From the NCBI GenBank assembly GCA_943912835.1, contig CALTVJ010000002.1:19013-83012 (forward strand): a stretch of DNA of 64,000 nucleotides, given 5' to 3'. Positions 60,713-64,000 of the stretch are shown here, piece after piece. Each line of letters opens with the position of its first letter. Position 1 is the stretch's first letter. A model generated the notes under the pieces. That model saw nothing but the letters and a program-made list of their open reading frames with translations, searched no databases and had not been told where the DNA came from. This DNA is from an uncultured Porphyromonas sp. Its GTDB lineage: Bacteria > Bacteroidota > Bacteroidia > Bacteroidales > Porphyromonadaceae. Made by a program: the position numbers and the translations under genes.

Positions 60713-62167
60713 ATGCCCAATAAACTATCTCAACAACTAAAACAAGAGCAAACTTTATCTTTAAGCCCAATACAACTCTTGACAAGTAAATTGTTGGAGT
60801 TAAATGAGTTTGAGCTAGAGCAACGTATTGAGAAAGAGTTGGTAGACAATCCTGCTCTTGAAGAAGGAGGGCAAAAAGAAGATGATTACGAAGATAATGA
60901 AGATAAAGCTCTAAATGAGAGCGAACAAGATTGGGAGCTTGGAGAGTATGCTACCGAAGATGATATCCCGAGCTATAAATTAAGAGAATTACAAGAAAGA
61001 AGCAGTTTTAAGGAAGAAATTGCTTTTGCGTCCTCATCCCCCTCGCTTGATACGTTATTATTAGACCAATTAAGCATTGATGGGCTGAATGAAAAAGAGG
61101 AGCAGTTGGCACGCTATATCATTGGTAATATTTCAACTGAAGGCTATCTTACTCGTTCGGTTTGGGACTTGCAAGATGATCTCCTTTTTAAGGAAGGAAT
61201 GAGTGTCAGCATAGAGCAACTTGAGTCCATGATTAGACGAATCAAAGATTTGGATCCACCTGGAGTAGGGGCTAAAGATTTGCAAGAGTGCTTAATACTA
61301 CAATTAGAGCGCAAAAATCAAACTGACAAACTTATTCAACTCGCTCTAACCCTTATCCGAGACCATTATTCAGATTTCTCTGCTAAGAAATTTGATAAGC
61401 TTGAGGTGGCTATGGGTATTAGTAGAGAAAAATTATCTGAGCTATATCACGAGATAAGTCGTCTAAATCCGAAGCCTGCAAGTGCCTTAGATTTAAGTTA
61501 TGAAGATCGAGTAGGGCATTACAATCCAGATTTCATAGTCTCAGAAGATGACGAGGGTAACCTGAGTCTCAATATGGTATATGAGCAAGATATACCAGCT
61601 CTTCGTCTTAATCGAGATTATGAGGACATGATTGCCAAAGGCTCAAAGGATAATAATTCTCGGGCTCAAAAAGAGGCAAAAGACTTTATCCGATTCCGCT
61701 TGGAGCAGGCTCGTTGGTTTATTGAGGCTCTCCATCAACGTCAAGATACATTAAAAAAGACGATGTTGGCAATTATGTCTTGGCAAAAAAACTTCTTTTT
61801 AAGTGGGGATGTATTGGACTTAAAGCCAATGATTCTTAAAGATATAGCTAGTATAACGGGATTGGATTTAAGTACGATTAGTCGTGTAAGCAATCGCAAG
61901 AGTGTCCAGACACGACATGGTATCTATCCAATTAAATTTTTCTTCGGAGATGGCTTACTCTCAGACTCAGGTGAAGAAACGACAACAAAAGCAGTCAAAC
62001 AGGAATTAAAAAAACTAATCGATAGAGAAGATAGTCGTAACCCTCTTACAGATGAAGAATTAACCTTAGAACTCTCTAAGATTGGTTACACATTGGCAAG
62101 ACGGACTGTTGCGAAGTATCGTGAGGCACTCAAGATTCCGATAGCAAGACTAAGGAAAAAGATATAA
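60713..62167 (+). CDS. rpoN: RNA polymerase sigma-54 factor
   Basis: It has an acidic region II, the core-binding domain, and the C-terminal RpoN box (ARRTVAKYRE). Confidence 0.9.
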   Translation: MPNKLSQQLKQEQTLSLSPIQLLTSKLLELNEFELEQRIEKELVDNPALEEGGQKEDDYEDNEDKALNESEQDWELGEYATEDDIPSYKLRELQERSSFKEEIAFASSSPSLDTLLLDQLSIDGLNEKEEQLARYIIGNISTEGYLTRSVWDLQDDLLFKEGMSVSIEQLESMIRRIKDLDPPGVGAKDLQECLILQLERKNQTDKLIQLALTLIRDHYSDFSAKKFDKLEVAMGISREKLSELYHEISRLNPKPASALDLSYEDRVGHYNPDFIVSEDDEGNLSLNMVYEQDIPALRLNRDYEDMIAKGSKDNNSRAQKEAKDFIRFRLEQARWFIEALHQRQDTLKKTMLAIMSWQKNFFLSGDVLDLKPMILKDIASITGLDLSTISRVSNRKSVQTRHGIYPIKFFFGDGLLSDSGEETTTKAVKQELKKLIDREDSRNPLTDEELTLELSKIGYTLARRTVAKYREALKIPIARLRKKI

Positions 62168-62274
62168 ATCCGTTAGAAAACATTCCTTATATAAATTCCA
62201 GAAGGCTTTAAGTTAAAACGTCAAAATCATTTAAGTTAAACGGTTGAAATTATCCCAATTAAATGACTTTCGTC

Positions 62275-62339
62275 CATTAAAACAATTGATCCCCCAGCAG
62301 GGTGTTATTCACTGCTGGGGAATTTTTATTGTTTTAATG
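62275..62339. terminator. Compound nested hairpin (bidirectional terminator) between rpoN and the MBL-fold gene
   Basis: The inner stem is cccccagcag / ctgctgggg followed by aattttt. The outer stem is a perfect 12-bp cattaaaacaat / attgttttaatg. Confidence 0.5.
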
Positions 62340-62352
62340 TGTTTTGTCTATA

Positions 62353-63003
62353 CTAAAAATAAGGATTGTTGTCTATCTCATACCCAATCTGAGTAATATC
62401 TCCATGACCAGGATAAACTTCAGTTTCTTGGGGTAACGTAAATAGCTGTGTCTTAATAGCAGAAATTAGTTGATCATAATTCCCTCCCCACAAGTCTGTA
62501 CGACCGATATTCTCTCGGAAGAGCGTATCTCCAGAAATAACTAAATTATTTCCTTCTTCGATATGGCAAAAAACAATATGACCTGGAGAATGACCTGGGA
62601 CATGTCGCACTTCTATTTGACTATTGCCTATCTTAAGAAGATCACCTTGCTTAAGAACGTGATAGCTTTCTTTAGGTAAATTTTCAAGAGGAGAATTGAT
62701 CCCAAATAGTCTAAGTTGATCACTTGGTTTGATTGGCATAGCTAAATCAGCCTCATGACAATAGGCTGTTAAATCCCAAGTACGCATTGCCCAAGCATTT
62801 CCCCAGACATGATCAAAATGTAGATGCGTATTAAGTAGAAGAGATGGCTTGAGTTGTTTCTCCGTGATAAATGCTTTCAACTGATCTTGCTCTGATTCGT
62901 CCATACAACCACAGTCGACGATAGCTGCATCTCCTGTTTCATCGTATAGGACATAGGTATTCTCTTGTACTGGATTGAATATAAAACACTTGACGTATAG
63001 CAT
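62353..63003 (-). CDS. MBL-fold metallo-hydrolase (glyoxalase II-like)
   Basis: The motifs HLHFDHVWG and HVPGHSPGH are present. Confidence 0.75.
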   Translation of the reverse strand: MLYVKCFIFNPVQENTYVLYDETGDAAIVDCGCMDESEQDQLKAFITEKQLKPSLLLNTHLHFDHVWGNAWAMRTWDLTAYCHEADLAMPIKPSDQLRLFGINSPLENLPKESYHVLKQGDLLKIGNSQIEVRHVPGHSPGHIVFCHIEEGNNLVISGDTLFRENIGRTDLWGGNYDQLISAIKTQLFTLPQETEVYPGHGDITQIGYEIDNNPYF

Positions 63004-63018
63004 ACAAATAAGCCTGCT

Positions 63019-63645
63019 CTATATAATGGGTAAATAAACTATCTTTTTAGTTTTGAAAAACTCCTCATCAAAGGTTGGGTAAAGGTCTTGAATCTCAACT
63101 TTGTTGCGATACTTGTGTGTTTCACTAGTGAGGTCACCACCTTTGAGGCAGATAATCCCATTAGGCATACCATTGCGCTGATCTTTACCAATAAGCTTAG
63201 AGACCAATGGTGTAAGCTCATCCAAGCGCATTACTGCACGACTAACCACAAAATCGAATTGCTCCTTGATATCCTCCCCTCTTCCATGTAGAGTGCGAAC
63301 ATTTTTCAACCCCAAAGCCTCAGCAACAGCTGTGGCTACCTTGATTTTTTTGCCTATACTGTCAACGAGTAAAAACTCTGTATCGGGAAACATGATCGCC
63401 AGAGGGATACCAGGGAAGCCACCTCCACAACCAAAGTCTAAGACTCTGGTTCCAGCCTTGAAACGAATCATTTGGCATATACCCAAAGAGTGGAGGATAT
63501 GATGCTCGTACAGCTGATCAATATCCTTGCGACTGATCACATTTATTTGAGCATTCCAATGACAATACAAGTCATCAAGTTGGGCAAACTGATTCTTTTG
63601 AACCTCACTAAGATGAGGAAAATATTTTTCTATAATTTGTAGCAT
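63019..63645 (-). CDS. rsmG: 16S rRNA (guanine527-N7)-methyltransferase
   Basis: The GidB fold and SAM motif (VLDFGCGGGFPGIPLAI) are present. Confidence 0.85.
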   Translation of the reverse strand: MLQIIEKYFPHLSEVQKNQFAQLDDLYCHWNAQINVISRKDIDQLYEHHILHSLGICQMIRFKAGTRVLDFGCGGGFPGIPLAIMFPDTEFLLVDSIGKKIKVATAVAEALGLKNVRTLHGRGEDIKEQFDFVVSRAVMRLDELTPLVSKLIGKDQRNGMPNGIICLKGGDLTSETHKYRNKVEIQDLYPTFDEEFFKTKKIVYLPII

Positions 63646-63647
63646 AC

Positions 63648-64000
63648 CTAGATATATTTCTCGATGATACTCCCAGGGCGAATAATATGGCTAATCTCGT
63701 CCCAAGTAAGATCTACTTGAATGACCCCCATAGCATAGGGTGCAATCTCATAAGGATTATAGCAGTAGCGCAATCCCATAGGAGTGATTTGAAAATTTTC
63801 GTTAGGTACAATTTCTTGAGGGGAGAAAAAACCTTCTTTCGATAAATCATCTAACTCTTGCACTTTATATTGTTGCATGAGTTTGGTTTGTATGGATTGA
63901 GATAACTTCTCACGACTATCTCTAACGAATATATCGTCTTCTTTGATCACCTGCTTTGTATATAGATCTATACTATATAAACGAAGCCATTCAGAACCAT
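63648..64000 (-). CDS. DUF3298-like (PdaC/RsiV C-terminal domain) protein, N-terminus beyond the window end (partial)
   Basis: The frame stays open to position 64000. The track start at 63950 is an internal GTG. The C-terminal motif is YNPYEIAPYAMG. Confidence 0.35.
   Translation of the reverse strand, partial: GSEWLRLYSIDLYTKQVIKEDDIFVRDSREKLSQSIQTKLMQQYKVQELDDLSKEGFFSPQEIVPNENFQITPMGLRYCYNPYEIAPYAMGVIQVDLTWDEISHIIRPGSIIEKYI

Noticed and set aside
1-64000. Search for sigma-54 (TGGCAC-N5-TTGC) promoters, given that rpoN is present
   Set aside because: Visual scanning found no GG-N10-GC element with correct spacing upstream of any gene in the window. The few TGGCAC occurrences are coding (e.g. 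the ATGGCACAA start of the 5671 gene).
1-64000. tRNA, rRNA, CRISPR, integrase/prophage, toxin-antitoxin or restriction-modification genes
   Set aside because: No spacer-sized gap contains tRNA-like conserved boxes. There are no arrays of regularly spaced repeats and no integrase, phage or TA-like small-ORF pairs. The only mobile DNA is the ISAs1 remnant.

Overview
This 64 kb window reads as a chromosomal segment from a low-GC member of Bacteroidota. The evidence is a type III glutamine synthetase, a LysS with a C-terminal extension, DUF4290 upstream of murA, a PASTA protein upstream of rluD, a dnaN/DnaQ-like exonuclease pair, and recurring TAnnTTTG -7 promoter boxes. Coding density is about 92% and it is mostly core housekeeping. 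The recognisable genes are trmD, rsmE, lysS, gpsA, pgi, murA, aroK, pdxB, cls, queF, pyrBI, clpC, queD, cobQ/cobD, glnN, recF, sufBCD, asnS, tyrS, mlaEF, rluD, dnaN, coaBC, recN, rlmB, tsaC, sufS, murF, rpoN and rsmG. I found no rRNA, tRNA or CRISPR array. Seven stretches stand out. (1) A decayed ISAs1-family transposase, followed by a ~225 bp element with a perfect 15-bp terminal inverted repeat and flanking 8-bp direct repeats, sits between rluB and tyrS. (2) A LemA/TPM pair in which the TPM protein carries an inserted four-CxxC zinc-ribbon module and a GGGSS tandem repeat. (3) A 620-aa carboxyltransferase (oxaloacetate decarboxylase alpha-like) whose biotinyl-type C-terminal domain lacks the canonical AMKM lysine. 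(4) A small cluster on the minus strand containing a BspA-like LRR lipoprotein, an unannotated 54-aa 2x[4Fe-4S] ferredoxin that the ORF track missed, and a 465-aa protein of unknown function. (5) A signal-peptide-bearing Fe/Mn superoxide dismutase. (6) An ECF sigma factor with no adjacent anti-sigma partner. (7) Several bidirectional stem-loop terminators between convergent genes. Many ORF-track starts are TTG or GTG artefacts; where a conserved N-terminus and an in-frame ATG were visible I give corrected starts.
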